The notes below the pieces were generated by a model. That model was not told where the DNA came from. It ran no database searches and was given only the letters and a program-made list of their open reading frames with translations. Shown one piece after another: positions 1-11,705 of a stretch of DNA of 64,000 bases. Position numbers and translations under genes: made by a program. Origin of the DNA: Anolis carolinensis (taxonomy: Eukaryota); contig NC_085845.1 of NCBI RefSeq assembly GCF_035594765.1, positions 77,742,024 to 77,806,023 of the forward strand, in the 5' to 3' direction. Each line of letters begins with the position of its first letter. The stretch's first letter is position 1.

Positions 1-662
1 GTTCAGTAGTATTACAGTTACATTTATCTAAAAGAAGCTCTAAAAAGTACTTTCTCAGATGTAATAAGACTGGAAATTTCCAGTTGCTTAAAAAGTGCCA
101 CAAACCCCTTGCCTGTGTTAAAAATGCACTCTGCAGCATAAACCAGGCCTTGAACTATATGCCTACTCCACCACTTAGTATAGCTAAAAACCTGTAACTG
201 TAGAAATAACTGTGAAAGGGGTACAGTTATAGTTCATTGTGTTACAGTTACAATGTAAACTATATGCTATTTCCTATGCTATTGTAAAAATAAATAAATT
301 TCAAACAATGAATTGGTTATTACAAGTTACCTCTAAAGTATTACGTAGGAACTTAGCTTCAAAAAGACCAAAAAGATAAGCAGGGGAGGGGGCTCCCAAG
401 TGAGGCAGCGGTGTTTATTGGGGAAAAACTATGCTGAAAAACAGGAGAGATTGCTTAGTGGAATAAAAGAAAGCTTCAGGAGATGAGAAAATATGACATG
501 TGAGTCTCCTTTTTTAAAATAAATAAATAAAAAGTCACAATTCTGAGAATTATCTTCTGCTTCCCAGCACTAGCACAGATAGTTCTGCATACATACAACT
601 GAGTCACTGTTATAATAGCATTCCAGGGAATAAGGAAAGACAATATGCTTTGGTAAGTTTAA

Positions 663-690
663 CATCATCATCATCATCATCATCATCATC
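663..690. repeat. (CAT)n microsatellite (others: (GT)n 4182-4202, (CT)n 9015-9043, (GACT)n 9233-9252, (GGA)n 24186-24217, (GAT)n 51858-51907)
   Basis: Direct reading of the sequence. Confidence 0.95.
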
Positions 691-1174
691 TTGCTACACA
701 GTCCCAGAATTTGCCTTATTTTATTATGTTCTTCTGTCAAGATGCCCACTTCAGAAAGACAGCACTTTTTCATCTTATAGTTTCCCTTTCTTTGTCTATT
801 AACCAGGGTGCCATCTCCTGGATTTGTTTAATCCCTCCTAATCTTGCTTATCTTTAAAAAAAATACCAAAGCTTTTTATTATATTGTTTAAATTAGCTTT
901 TAACCATCATGAAGACATGTAATTATCCTGGCTCCTATTTTCAACTGTTCTCCTCATGTTAAAATTGTATCTCTTCCCTATTACTTTATTTTTCAAACTT
1001 TACAAAAAAGTATAACTTTTAATAATAATGCTGTAGTCTTTGGGAGATTTCTGCTTCCATATATATTGAACTTGATAGCACTGAAATCATTATTTCTTGG
1101 CAGCTCGGTAACACATTTTACTCTAGTTCTTGGACAGATTCAGATTAAGTCAAGACACTTTTGATGTCTGTGAG

Positions 1175-1922
1175 CAGAGCAGGTCCAGGGTAATTTTCAA
1201 GTATAGGCGAACAGAAATTTTTGTGCCCCCCCCCCCAAAAAAAACTAATCACTGAAAAATAAAAGCGTTGGATAAGCAAAAATGTTGAATAATAAGGTAG
1301 GATTAAGGAAAAGCCTAAATAAAGAACAACACTCAGGGGAAATCCAGACAGGAAGCAATTGGGGACAGCTAACACCTCCCAAAAAAAGATTCTCCCAAGC
1401 AAGAGGAAGCCAGGCCTTGAAGCCACAGGGCCATTAAATGCTAATCAATGTGATTAATTACAACATTCACACCTGCCTCCCAACAGACAAGAGCTCTTTC
1501 TCCCATCCTGGACATTATTCCACAGACAAATAAACCCCACTTGCCTTGCTTCCAACAGACGGCTTCCAGAAGGCCCGCCCGGCCCACCGGAAGGGCTGAT
1601 GCGGGCTCCGGAGCCTGCGCTGGGCCTTCTGGTGCCCGCATTGGGCACTCCGGAGCCCACGTTGGCCCTTCCAGTGGGCCGGGTAGGCCTTCTGGAGCCC
1701 GCGTTGGCCCTTCTGGTGGGCCGGGCGGGCCTTCTGGAGCCCATGTCAGCCCTTCCGGTGGGCCGGGCGGCCCAAAAAAGGCCCAAAGAAGGCCCACAAG
1801 GCCTGAAGAAGACCCACAAGGCCTGAAGAAGGAGGCGGGTGGTGGCACCATCTTCCCAGGGGCCTCACTGCGCCCCCAGAATGATTGCGCCACCAATGGT
1901 TGCTTAAATGGCCTCACCGGTG
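1175..1922 (+). mobile_element. Composite non-autonomous hAT element (Tigger-like fragment + Penelope fragment + GC-rich minisatellite)
   Basis: The left end CAGAGCAGGTCC matches the copies at 62921 and 47923 (rc). The 8-bp flanks tctgtgag (1167-1174) and tccatgag (1923-1930) both derive from tccgtgag by CpG decay. The right terminus is degenerate. Confidence 0.7.
1560..1830. repeat. GC-rich minisatellite (~21-bp subunits GGCCCTTCTGG..., ~42-bp higher order)
   Basis: Repeated ggcccttctggagcccgcgtt / ggcccttctggtgggccgggcg units; these explain the PEGP/GPSG-repeat ORFs. Confidence 0.8.
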
Positions 1923-2189
1923 TCCATGAGTACCTGTTGCAAGGCATATCCATTTTGCCAGTTCTAGAAATGTTGTCTCCATGCTACTCATATTAGTCAA
2001 ACATATTTATTCAAAGTATAGGTAACTGAACTTACGTTCCTCAAAAAATGAGAAGCTTTGAGGCAAATATAGTACACAAAAGTTGTGTCCTTAGTCGTTG
2101 AAGGCACAAACTTTTGTGTACCATATTTGGCCAACTTACTTGGATGCAGTCCACAAAAGCCTGTGCCCAATATACCAAGGTTGCCATCC

Positions 2190-3235
2190 TGATCCTGAAC
2201 CGGTGCCTGTCATCAGTAATGGACTGGATGAGTGCTAATAAATTGAAACTAAATCCTGACAAGACATAGGTACTCCTGGTCAGTCGGAAGGCAGATCAGG
2301 GTATAGTAATATAGCCTGTGCTGGATGGGGTCACACTCTCCTTGAAATCACAGGTTCGCAGCTTGGGAATGATCTTGGACCCATTGATGACTCTGGAGGC
2401 TCAGGTCTTGGCGGTGAGTGCCTTTGCACAATTAAAACTTGTGCCCCACCTGCGCCCATACCTTGAGATGCCAGATCTGGCCATGGTAGTCCACGGCTTA
2501 GTTACATCCTGTTTAGATTACTGCAACGTGCTCTATGTGGAGCTGCCTTTGAAGATAGTTCAGAAGCTTCAGCTGGTTCAGAGATCTGCAGCCAGATTAC
2601 TAACTGGGGCTACACACAGGGAGAAACCACTTCCATGTTGCAGCAGCTCCACTAGCTGCCAGTTTGCTTCCAGGCTGAATACAAATTTCTGGTTATTACC
2701 TTTAAAGCCCTAAATTGTTCAGCCCCAGACTATCTGGCTAACTGCATCTCTGCATACAATCCTGCCCAGGTGCTTCGATCGGCAGAGGAGGCCCTGCTCT
2801 CAGTCCCACCCCTGTCTCAAGGATGGCTGGTGGGAACGAGAGGGGGGGGCTTCTCAGTGGTCACCCCCAACCCCTGAAACTCCCTACCCAAGGAGATCAA
2901 AATGCCCCCCTCCTTACTCTCTTTTTAAAAGCAGCTAAAAACCTTTTTATGCTCTCAGGCATATAGAGAGGAAGATGTATAGAACTTTGAGCACAGATAC
3001 TAAGGAAGGGAAATGGCTTGCTATTCAGACTAGGTTGGCTTTTAAATTTTATATCAATGGTTTTAATCTAAGTTTTCATCTTTTTAATGTTTAGGTGTGG
3101 AAATTTAATTTTTGTAACATCATTGTTTAATTTTCATGGTCACGTCTTTATTATTATGGCATTAAATGTTTGCCGTTGTTTGTTGGAAGACGCTCTGAGT
3201 CTCCACGCGAGATAGGGTGGGATATAAATAAAGTT

Positions 3236-3280
<45 letters not shown>
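2190..3280 (+). mobile_element. L2 LINE 3' fragment with (TTA)n tail
   Basis: Encodes DWM..NKLKLNPDKT, LVTSCLDYCN and LQLVQRSAARLLTG (L2 ORF2 C-terminus); typical 3' end followed by (TTA)n at 3237-3280. Confidence 0.85.
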
Positions 3281-3281
<1 letters not shown>

Positions 3282-3831
3282 TTGTCTCAACTTACCTACA
3301 AATTCAACTTAAGAACAAACCTAAAGAACCAATCTTGTTCATAACTTGGGGACAGCCTGTTGCTTAAATCAGAAAATGGCAATGTTCCTTTGAAGGAATA
3401 CATTGTGCTTGTAAACTCAATACTCATATTTAATTGGGTGCCGGGGATATGAACATTAATGCATGCATATAGGCTATGAAAAAGACAGGAGCAGCGATGA
3501 TTAAGTTCTATTTTAGTATGCCACAGCGGGGGGAGAGAAGTAATAAAGACTCTTCTGCATCATATAAATGCTCATCTGTCTTTTTGCATCATGCACATAC
3601 ATGCTACCCAACAACTAGTAGGACACGATTTCCCATTGTTTGTATGCATCACCTGCAATAATAAAACAGTGATATCAAAGCAAGAAAAGAGGACAAGGTG
3701 GCACAGAGAAAGCACATGGATGTGACAAGCCAATGTCTAAATTAAGCCCTGACCCAGAAGCCCATGGTAGCAGCAATCAGATAGAGGGCCTCTCTCTTTC
3801 CCTCTCCCTCTCTTTGCTCCCTCCCCATTCC

Positions 3832-4965
3832 CAGGCCTGTAGCCAGGAAAAAAATTGGGAGGGGTTGAAACTCACCCCGCCCCCCAGATGACTTTTCAAG
3901 CCAGTGCCTCCTGATCTGGCAGATCGCAACAAGGCCCTGCAATTACCATCATTATGCAAAGGTTCTTCACAGGTAATAGGTCCTGAATCATTGCTCCTTC
4001 TTTAAATCAGTTCTTTTTGGCCACAAAGAACAATAGTTTCCATAATTTGCAAGAATTCCTTTCTGCTTTGTTCAGCTTTCTTCTTATTTCCTTTATCATA
4101 ATGATGGGTTACATCAAGACATTTTCCACTGTGTTTTCTGCCAAGCACAAATTATTCTTATGGTATTCTGGGGTTTTTTTTTGTGTGTGTGTGTGTGTGT
4201 GTCTCTTGTAGACTTCTGTTGCATTTTTCCATCACACAAATGGTTTAGCTACCAATGCACCAAAAGCTCTTGATGACCTACCAGAAAGCTTTTGATGACC
4301 ACCAAAAGCTTTTGATGACCACCTTTGCCCCCACCTTCTCCTCCAAACACCACACCGTGCTTATAGAGTGAACCTTGTAGATGAATTGAGTAAGTCAACC
4401 AGTGAGATCTGATTGAACCATTTGGGTTGAAAACTTAGGTGTCTCTTCTTATCCACAGAAAATGCGTACATATCCTGGCAAAGGAGTCTGTGGATTTTGC
4501 ACCAACTGAGCTTTCACTTAGTCATCAGAAATAGTCTTGTTCATATAAACTCCAATGACACAGATTTTTCTCTTTATTCCTGTTCCATTGTTTCTTTGGC
4601 AGGGCTTGGATTAGATGAACCAGTGGTAGACACCTCAGTTTCCACAGTTTTCATCTGCAATCCAAGTCAACCCCCCCCCCCCCCCCTTGGCCTTAGCCTG
4701 CCAGCTGCAGGTAGACTAACTTGGTCACTTCCACCATGCCAGCTATTGCTGCAATTTCAATGTAAATTGTTAGAAAGGTAGGTAATGACAGTGTAAATAA
4801 TCAAAATTTGATTGTGATAGTGCTTGCAGTTTTTGCTTCTTATATACTTGGCAGGGGGATTTGGTTAACAAGTTAAAATCCATGAGTAAACCAGTTTTTT
4901 TGTTTAACCTGAAAATTTTCAGAGGTGGTTAGAACCCCTAAACCACCCCCTTGGCTATAGGCTTG
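3832..4965. mobile_element. hAT-like non-autonomous element without a TSD
   Basis: Termini CAGGCCTGTAGCCAGG (3832) and CTTGGCTATAGGCTTG (to 4965) are inverted repeats. An internal 20-bp unit is repeated three times at ~4259-4323. Confidence 0.65.
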
Positions 4966-5159
4966 ATGTTGGGGATATGAACATTAATGCATGCATGTAG
5001 GCTATGATAAAGACTGGAGCAGTGATGATTAAGTTCTATTTTATTATACCACAACGGGGAGAGACAAGTAATAGAGACTCTTCTGCATCATGTAAATACA
5101 CATCTGTCTCTTTGCATCATGCACATACATGCTACCCAGCAACTAGTAGGACACAGTTT

Positions 5160-5565
5160 GGGTTGCTGTGAGTTTGCCAGGCTGTATGGCCATGTTCCAG
5201 AAGCATTCTCTCCTGATGTTTCACCCACATCTATGGCAGGCATTCTCAGAGGTTGTGAGGTCTGTTGGAAACTAGGCAAGTGAGGTTTATATATCTGTGG
5301 AATGTCCACGGTGGGAGAAGGAACTCTTGTCTGACTGAGGGAAGTGTGAATGTTGCAATTGATCACTTTGATTAGCATAGCCTTGCAGTTTCAAAGCTTG
5401 GCTGCTTCCTGCCTGGGATAATCCTTTGTTGGGAGGTGATTAGCTGGTCCTGATTATTTCTTGTCTGGAATTCCCCTGTTTTTGAGTGTTGTTCTTTATT
5501 TACTGTCCTGGTTTTAGAGTTTTTAATCCTTGTAGACAGATTTTATTCATTTTCATGGTTTCCTC
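5160..5565 (-). mobile_element. Penelope-like element fragment (followed by a short CR1 RT fragment 5566-5655)
   Basis: Same sequence as the other Penelope copies (gggttgctgtgag...). The following segment encodes a CR1 DWRKANVVPI motif on the minus strand. Confidence 0.8.
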
Positions 5566-5877
5566 TTTTTTCCCTTCTTGACAATAGGGACAACATTTGC
5601 TTTCCTCCAGTCTGCTTGTACTTTTCCTGTTCTCCAATAATTCTTTAATATTGTCGCAATTATAAACTCAATGCTTATATTTAATTGGGTGCTAGGTGTA
5701 TGCGCATTAATGCATGCATGTAAGCTATGATAAAGAGAGCAGCATTATTAAGTTCTATTTTAGTATGCCACTGCGGGGAGGGAGAAGTAACAGACTCTTC
5801 TGCATCATGTAAATGCACATCTGTCTCTTTGCATCATGCACATACATGCTACTCAGCAACTAGTAGGACACAGTTTT

Positions 5878-6263
5878 TAGGTTATTATTATTATTATTAT
5901 TATTAATAATAATTCATTTCTATCCCACTTTTCTCCCATGGGTGGGCTTAAAGTGGTGTACAAAATATAAAACTAATAAAAACACATCCACACAATTCAA
6001 TTGGGAAGGCCTGGCTCCACAGAAAGGTTTTGATTTGTGAATGAAAGGCCAGTAAGGAGGAGGCCGATCGTATCTCATTAGAGAGCAAGTTCCAGAGCCG
6101 CGGGACCACCACCAAAAAGGCCCTCTCTCTTGTTCCCACCAAACGTGCCTAAGATGATGGTGGGACCAAGAGAAGGGCCTCTCCTGAGATTCTCATGGCT
6201 CGAGTGGGTTGGTAAAAGGAGATAAGGTCACTCAAGTAGGCTGGGCCTGAAACGTCTAGGGCT
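5878..6263 (-). mobile_element. L2 3' fragment
   Basis: Encodes GTRERAFLVVVPRLWNLL; (TAA)n tail at 5882-5911. Confidence 0.8.
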
Positions 6264-6429
6264 TTCCTTTGTTTGTATGCATCACTTGTAATAATAAAAC
6301 TGTGAAATCCAAGCAAGGTAAAATAACAGGGTACTACAGAGTGGATGTGACAAGCCAGTGGCTAAATTAAGCCCTGGCCCCAGAAGCCCATGGTGGTTGC
6401 AGAGTCAAGTTGAGGGCCTCTCTCTATCT

Positions 6430-7193
6430 CAGTGATTCTCAATCTTCCTAATGCCATGACCCAATAATACAGTTCTTCATGTTGTGGTGACCCCCAACCA
6501 TAAAATGATTTTTGTTGCTACTTCATAACTGTAATTTTGCTACTGTTATGAATCATAATGTAAATATTTGATATTCAGATTGTATTTTCATTCACTGGAC
6601 CAAATTTGGCACAAATACCCAATATGCCCACATTTGAATACTGGTTGGTTTGGGGGGCGGGTGATTTTGTCATTTGGGATTTGTAATTGCTGGGATTTAT
6701 ACTTCACCTACAATCAAAGAGGATTCTGAACTTCACCAAAGATGGAATTGAACCAAACTTGGCACACAGAACTCCCATGACCAACAGAAAATACTGGAAG
6801 GGTCTGGTGGGCATTGACCTTGAGTTTTGGAGTTGTAGTTCACCTACATCCAGAGAGCACTGTGGACTCCAAACAATGATGGATTTGGACCAAACTTGGC
6901 ACAAATACTCAATATGCCCAAAATGTGAACACTAGTGAAGTTTGGAGGAAATAGACCTTGACATTTGAGAATTGTAGTTGCTGGGATTTATAGTTCACCT
7001 ACAATCACCTTGAGCCCCACCAACGATAGAATTGGGCTAAACACAGAACCCCTATGACCAACAGAAAATACTGGAGGGATTTGGGTTCTTAAGACCATCA
7101 GAAATATATGTTTTCCGATGGTCTTTGGCGACCCCTCTGAAACCCCCTTGCGACCCCCCCCAGGGGTCCCAACCCCTAAATTGAGAAATGCTG
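6430..7193 (+). mobile_element. SPIN/URR1-type hAT MITE with ~530 bp of internal cargo
   Basis: TIRs CAGTGATTCTCAA / TTGAGAAATGCTG; perfect 8-bp TSD ctctatct (6422-6429, 7194-7201). Both ends match the URR1/SPIN MITE consensus as I recall it (tacagttcctcatgttgtggtgacccccaaccataaaat...; ttttccgatggtct..ggcgacccct). Confidence 0.85.
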
Positions 7194-7201
7194 CTCTATC
7201 T

Positions 7202-7689
7202 GGGTTGCTGTGAGTCTTCCAGGTATGAGTATGGCCATGGTCCAGAAACTTTCTCTCCTGACGTTCTGCCCACATCTGTGGCAGGCATCCTTAGAGGTTG
7301 TGAGGTCTGTTGGAAACCAGGCAAGTGGGGTTTATATATCTGTGGAATGTCCAGGGTGTTTGTCTGTTTGAGGTAAGTGTCAATGTTGCAATTGGAAACC
7401 TTGATTAGCACTGAAAAGCTTTGCAGCTTCAAAGCCTGGCTGTTTCAAGGGTAATCAAGCTGGCCAATTGCAACCTTCAGACTGGCCTCAAACAGACAAG
7501 AGTTCTTTCTCCCACCCTGGACATTCCACAGATATAGAATCCCTTCTTGCCTAGTTTCCAACAGACCTCACAGCCTCTGAGGGTGCCTGCCACAGATGTA
7601 GGCAAAACGTCTGGAGAGAAAGCTTCTGGAACAGCCCGAAAGACTCACAGCAACCCAGTGATTCTGGCCATGAAAGCCTTCGACAATAC
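7202..7689. mobile_element. Inverted (hairpin) Penelope insertion
   Basis: Two Penelope arms in opposite orientation; 12-bp flanks gctgctctatct (7190-7201) and gctgctctattt (7690-7701). Confidence 0.85.
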
Positions 7690-8031
7690 GCTGCTCTATT
7701 TGTTTCTTCCTCCCTTTCCTCTCGTGCCAAGGCAAACTTCTGGACGCACGTTCCTCTGGTGTGTGAGAGCGGGTGGCAGGGATTGCAGCAACCTGTCTGG
7801 ATGGATTAGCAGAAGAGGCAGGGCGAGGGATGGAGGCGGCAAAAGCAAGGAGGGCGAGGGAAACCAGCTGCAGTTGGGTCGCAGCCAGGAAGTCCACTCC
7901 CACCGAGTCAGCCTCCTCTGCAGCCCTCAGGGCTGGAGTTGGACCTTCCCCGCCTTTCTCTCTCCTTCTGCACTTCGGGTGAAGCGGAGGGGACGCCTGT
8001 TCTTTGCCTCTGATCTCCCTTTTCAGCTCTT

Positions 8032-8670
8032 TCATAGAATCAAAGCACCCCCGACATATGGCCATCCAGCCTCTGCTTAAAGGCCTCCAAAGAAGGAGCC
8101 TCCACCACACTCCAGAGCAGAGTGTTCCACTGCCCAACAGCTCTCACAGTGAGGAAATTCTTCCAAATATTCAGGTGGAGTCTCCCTTCTTGTAGTTTGA
8201 AGCCATTGTTCCGCATCTTAGTCTCCAAGGCAGCAGAAAAAAAGCTTGCTCCCTCCTCCCTATGGCTTCCCCTCACATATTTATACATGGCTATGGTGAC
8301 TCCTATCAGCCATCTCTTCTGCAGGTTAAACATGTTTTTTCAGCTGCTCCTCATAGGGCTTGATCATTTTAATCTCCCTACTCTGGACACCTTCCAGCTT
8401 GTCAACATCTCCCTTCAATTGCGGCGCCCAGAATGGGACACAGTATTCCAGGTGTGGTCTGACCAAGGCAGAATAGAGAGGTAGCACGACTTCTCTGGAT
8501 TTAAACGTTATACTATTGATGCAGGCCAAAATCCCATTGGCTTTTTTTGCCGCCACATCACATTGCTGGCTCATGTTTAACTTGTTGTCCACGAGGACTC
8601 CAAAATCTTTTCCACATGTACCGCCGTCCCTGGATCTAGACACTATACTGCTATTTATGCAGGCCAAAAA
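8032..8670 (-). mobile_element. CR1 LINE 3' fragment
   Basis: Encodes [37 protein letters not shown] and RLDGHMSGVL; abuts the promoter CpG island. Confidence 0.9.
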
Positions 8671-8689
8671 TATCCTCTTCCAGCTTCCA

Positions 8690-9015
8690 CTTTCCGCGGC
8701 CAGCTGAGGCGTTTAGCGCCTGGAGAGGACTGACTTGACTCCAGAGAGGCTGTCAGAGGGAAGCTTGTCAGGCAAGAGAAAGGAAGGAAGAGAAAGAACC
8801 GCGCTAGGACCCGGCGGAGTATGGCTTGCCCGCCCGCGTGCCTTTAGGGGCAGCTTCGGCCTTGGGAAAGGGGCAGCTGTGGCAGCACGCGCCAGTGTTG
8901 TGGCAGCACGCGCCTGCGGTGAGGTATCCGCGCGGCTGTTTTTTTTAAATTATTATTATCCCGCCCTCTACATCTGTGGCCCCGCCCCTTATTTCGATGA
9001 CTCCTCCCCCGTTTG

Positions 9016-9046
<31 letters not shown>

Positions 9047-9560
9047 CCCCTTTTCTTTCTGGAGCCCCTGGGGCGCGTGCCAGCTGCAGCTGCTACTGCC
9101 TGCGCGCGCGCGCCGGCGCGCTCACACTCCCCCCCCCCTCCCCAGCACCACCTCTTCCCCGAGTCTTCCAGTCTCTCTCTTTCTCTTGCATGCAGACACA
9201 GTCAGTCACACAGAGAGACATCCCCATCCCTTGACTGACTGACTGACTGACTAGCTACCCTCGCCTCGCGCCGCTGCCTTCCCGCTTCTCGCGCGCGCGC
9301 GCGCACGCACACACAGCACAAGGCACAGGGAACCTCTCCTCCGGGTCCGCTCCTCTTCGCAGGGTCTCCGCAGTCGCCTCATATAAGCTCTCTCTCTCTC
9401 TCCCCCCCCCCCTCCCAGTTTTGAGCCTCGCGTGGGAGGACTGAGTGAGGACTCCCTCCTCCGCCTCATCACCAAGCCCTGTTTGTTTTTTGGCGCCTCC
9501 TGGTGCTCCCAAGGTAGGCTCCTCAGTTACCCCCCCCCCCGGCCGCCTCTCTTTTCCCTT
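8690..9560 (+). promoter_or_regulatory. GABRA2: CpG-island promoter of GABRA2
   Basis: Dense CpG/GC-rich non-TE block just upstream of the first coding exon. It has CCGCCC GC boxes (~8830, 8960, 8982), NRF1-like GCGCCTGCG (8908-8918), CATATAAG (~9380) and (CT)n and (CG)n tracts. Confidence 0.8.
9250..9513 (+). other. GABRA2: Probable non-coding first exon (start approximate); donor AAG|GTAGGC at 9513/9514; alternative donors GTGAGT at 9567/9571
   Basis: Good 5' splice site at the 3' edge of the CpG island, 853 bp upstream of the acceptor of the ATG exon. The TSS cannot be determined from sequence alone. Confidence 0.5.
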
Positions 9561-10385
9561 TCTCCTGTGAGTGAGTGCCTTGGAAGGAGGGGGTTTCGTC
9601 CCTCTGGACTAGGAAACGTGGGTGTCTTGTGTGTGGCAGGGGGTGGGGGAAGAAGAAGAGCAAGAAAGGGTCTTTGCTTTGGTCTGAATCTTTCTTCCCT
9701 TTCCCCTTAACCTCTTTCAGTGAAGCCCCTTCCCCTTTTAATTTGGGTCTTGCAACTTTGCCCTGCTCCCTGGCTGTTGTTGTGGATGATGTTTGTTTCC
9801 CCTATATCTGTCACCATGACTGTGGCAGGGATGGCTCTTTCGGAGCAGCTGTCAAACATGCTTAGCCTTGGGAAGGATATGAGCCACTTCGGTTCACAGA
9901 GATGTCAGAGAACCCCTCACCAGTCTCTTTTTCTCTCTCTGCCACCCAACTGGGTTTTAGAAAGAGGCTCTCTTTTTTTGGAGATGAAGTCAAAGCAAGC
10001 ACAAGCAGAAAAGCGGAGGCACCCATCTGATGAATCAATACCTAGGGGGGGAGAGTCTGGCATGCCTTTAGATGGCACGCATTACATGGGGACTGAGTTG
10101 GGGAAAGCAAAGCCACCTCTGATGCCTCTGTTCCTATGCCACTTCTGATTATGCGCCGCATGTGCAGACAACGCATGATTTGGGAGGATGACGGAGATCT
10201 AATAAGTTGTTGGTTTTGTGGGGAGGGGAAAGGCGTGCTTCAGAGACCCGAGGATTTGAAGGCTCCATGGAAATGACAGTTTCCCATGGCTTGCGTTGGA
10301 GAAGACATGGCTTGTTGGAAACAGAGCTGAGCTAAACGCTTCCCCCTCCTCTTCTTCTTTCCTTAGGATTTGCAAGGAAGCAAAG

Positions 10386-10456
10386 ATGAAGAGGAAACTG
10401 ATGTCCTACACCATGCAGCTGGTTCTTCTCCTTTTCTTGGCGTGCTTGTCTGCAAG
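10386..10456 (+). CDS. GABRA2: GABRA2 first coding exon (exon begins 10367); signal peptide MKRKLMSYTMQLVLLLFLACLSA(R)
   Basis: Polypyrimidine tract + ccttag acceptor at 10366, AAGATG start, 71 coding bp, donor AG|GTGAGA. It aligns with the mammalian GABRA2 N-terminus [24 protein letters not shown], and phase 2 joins the next exon in frame. Confidence 0.9.
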
Positions 10457-10627
10457 GTGAGAGGAGGTGCTGCTTCTTGATCAACAGCAAAATTACAGAG
10501 CTTGTCTTGTTTGCTAGCAGTAGTTAGTTCTTGTAACTGGCTTGTGCAACTTGCTCTATGCACAGAAATCTTCTCTATAATTACAAGACTGCCTAGTATT
10601 CAGAGCAGGTAAAGTAAATGGAAAAGT

Positions 10628-11705
10628 GTTGTTGAAGGCTTTCATGGCCAGAATCACTGGGTTGCTGTGAGTTTTCCAGGCTGTGTGGCCATGTTCCAGA
10701 AGAATTCTCTCCTGACGTTTCACCCTCATCTATGGCAGGCATCCTTAGAGGTTGTGAGGTCTGGGTTGTTGTATGTTTTCCGGGCTGTATGGCCATGTTC
10801 CAGAAGTATTCCTGGATCCAAGTATTCCTGGATTCTGAATACTTCTGGAACATGGCCATACAGCCTGGAAAACATACAACAACCCTGTGATCCTGGCCAT
10901 GAAAGCCTTCGACAACATGTTGTGAGGGCTGTTGGAAACTAAGCAAGTGGAGTTTATATATCTGTGGAATGTCCAGGGTGCGAAAAAAAAACTCTTGCCT
11001 GTTGGAGGCAAATGTTGCCATTGGCCAGCTTGATTAGCATTGAATAGCCTTGCAGCTTCACAGTCTGGCTGCTTCCTGCCTGGGGAATCCTTTGTTGGGA
11101 GGTGTTAGCTGGCCCTGATTATTTCCTGTCTGGGATTCCCTTGTTTTTTGAGTTTAAATACTGGTAGCCAGATTTTGTTCATTTTCATGGTTTCCTCCTT
11201 TCTGTTGAAATTGTCCACATGCTTGTGGATTTCAATGGCTTTTCTGTATAGTTTGGCATGATAGTTGTTCGAGTCATCCAGCATTTCTGGCTACCAGTAT
11301 TTTAAAAATTCTAGGATCAGGACAATTAATAAAGAACAACACTGAGAAAACAGGGAAATTCCAGACAGGAAACAATCAGGGTCAGTTAATACCTCCCAAC
11401 AAAGGATTCTCTCAGGCAGGAAGCAGCCAGGCTTTGAAGCTGAAAGGCCATTAAATGCTAATCAAGGTGGCCAATTGCAACATTCACACTGGCCTCAGGC
11501 AGACAAGGGTTCTTTCTCCCACCCTGGACATTCCACAGATATATAAACCTCACTTGCCTTGTTTCCAACCGACCTCACAACCTCTGAGGATGCCTGCCAT
11601 AGATGTGATTGAAATGTCAGGAGAGAATGCTTCTGGAACATGGCCATACACCCCGGAAAACTCACAGCAACCCAGTGATTCTGGCCATGAAAGCCTTCAA
11701 CAACA
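10628..11705. mobile_element. Palindromic Penelope insertion with a nested Penelope mini-hairpin (10763-10918)
   Basis: ~50-bp perfect terminal inverted repeat tgttgttgaaggctttcatggccagaatcactgggttgctgtgagttttcc. The nested copy has 12-bp flanks gttgtgaggtct / gttgtgagggct. Confidence 0.9.
11581..11621 (+). ncRNA. Degenerate minimal hammerhead ribozyme motif of a Penelope pLTR
   Basis: CCT-CTGAGGA-T-GCCTGC-CATAGAT-GTGATT-GAAA-TGTC-AGG: the core CUGANGA/GAAA/GUC is intact but stem II is damaged. Confidence 0.6.

Larger units (their letters stand above)
3412..6429 (+). repeat. Triplicated local segment: copy 1 3412-3797, copy 2 4966-5159, copy 3 5664-5877 + 6264-6429
   Basis: Near-identical blocks (cattaatgcatgcat...gactcttctgcatcat...caactagtaggacac) are visible three times. 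Confidence 0.9.

Noticed and set aside
1441-1996. Overlapping 120-170 aa Pro/Gly-repeat ORFs
   Set aside because: Products of a GC-rich minisatellite inside a hAT composite; no splice or domain support.
4259-4323. CRISPR-like or otherwise functional short direct repeats
   Set aside because: Head-to-tail 20-bp tandem with no spacers, inside a eukaryotic MITE.
7547-10148. Several 90-190 aa ORFs around the promoter
   Set aside because: They arise from stop-poor GC-rich, Penelope and CR1 sequence; no recognisable protein. The true coding start is 10386.
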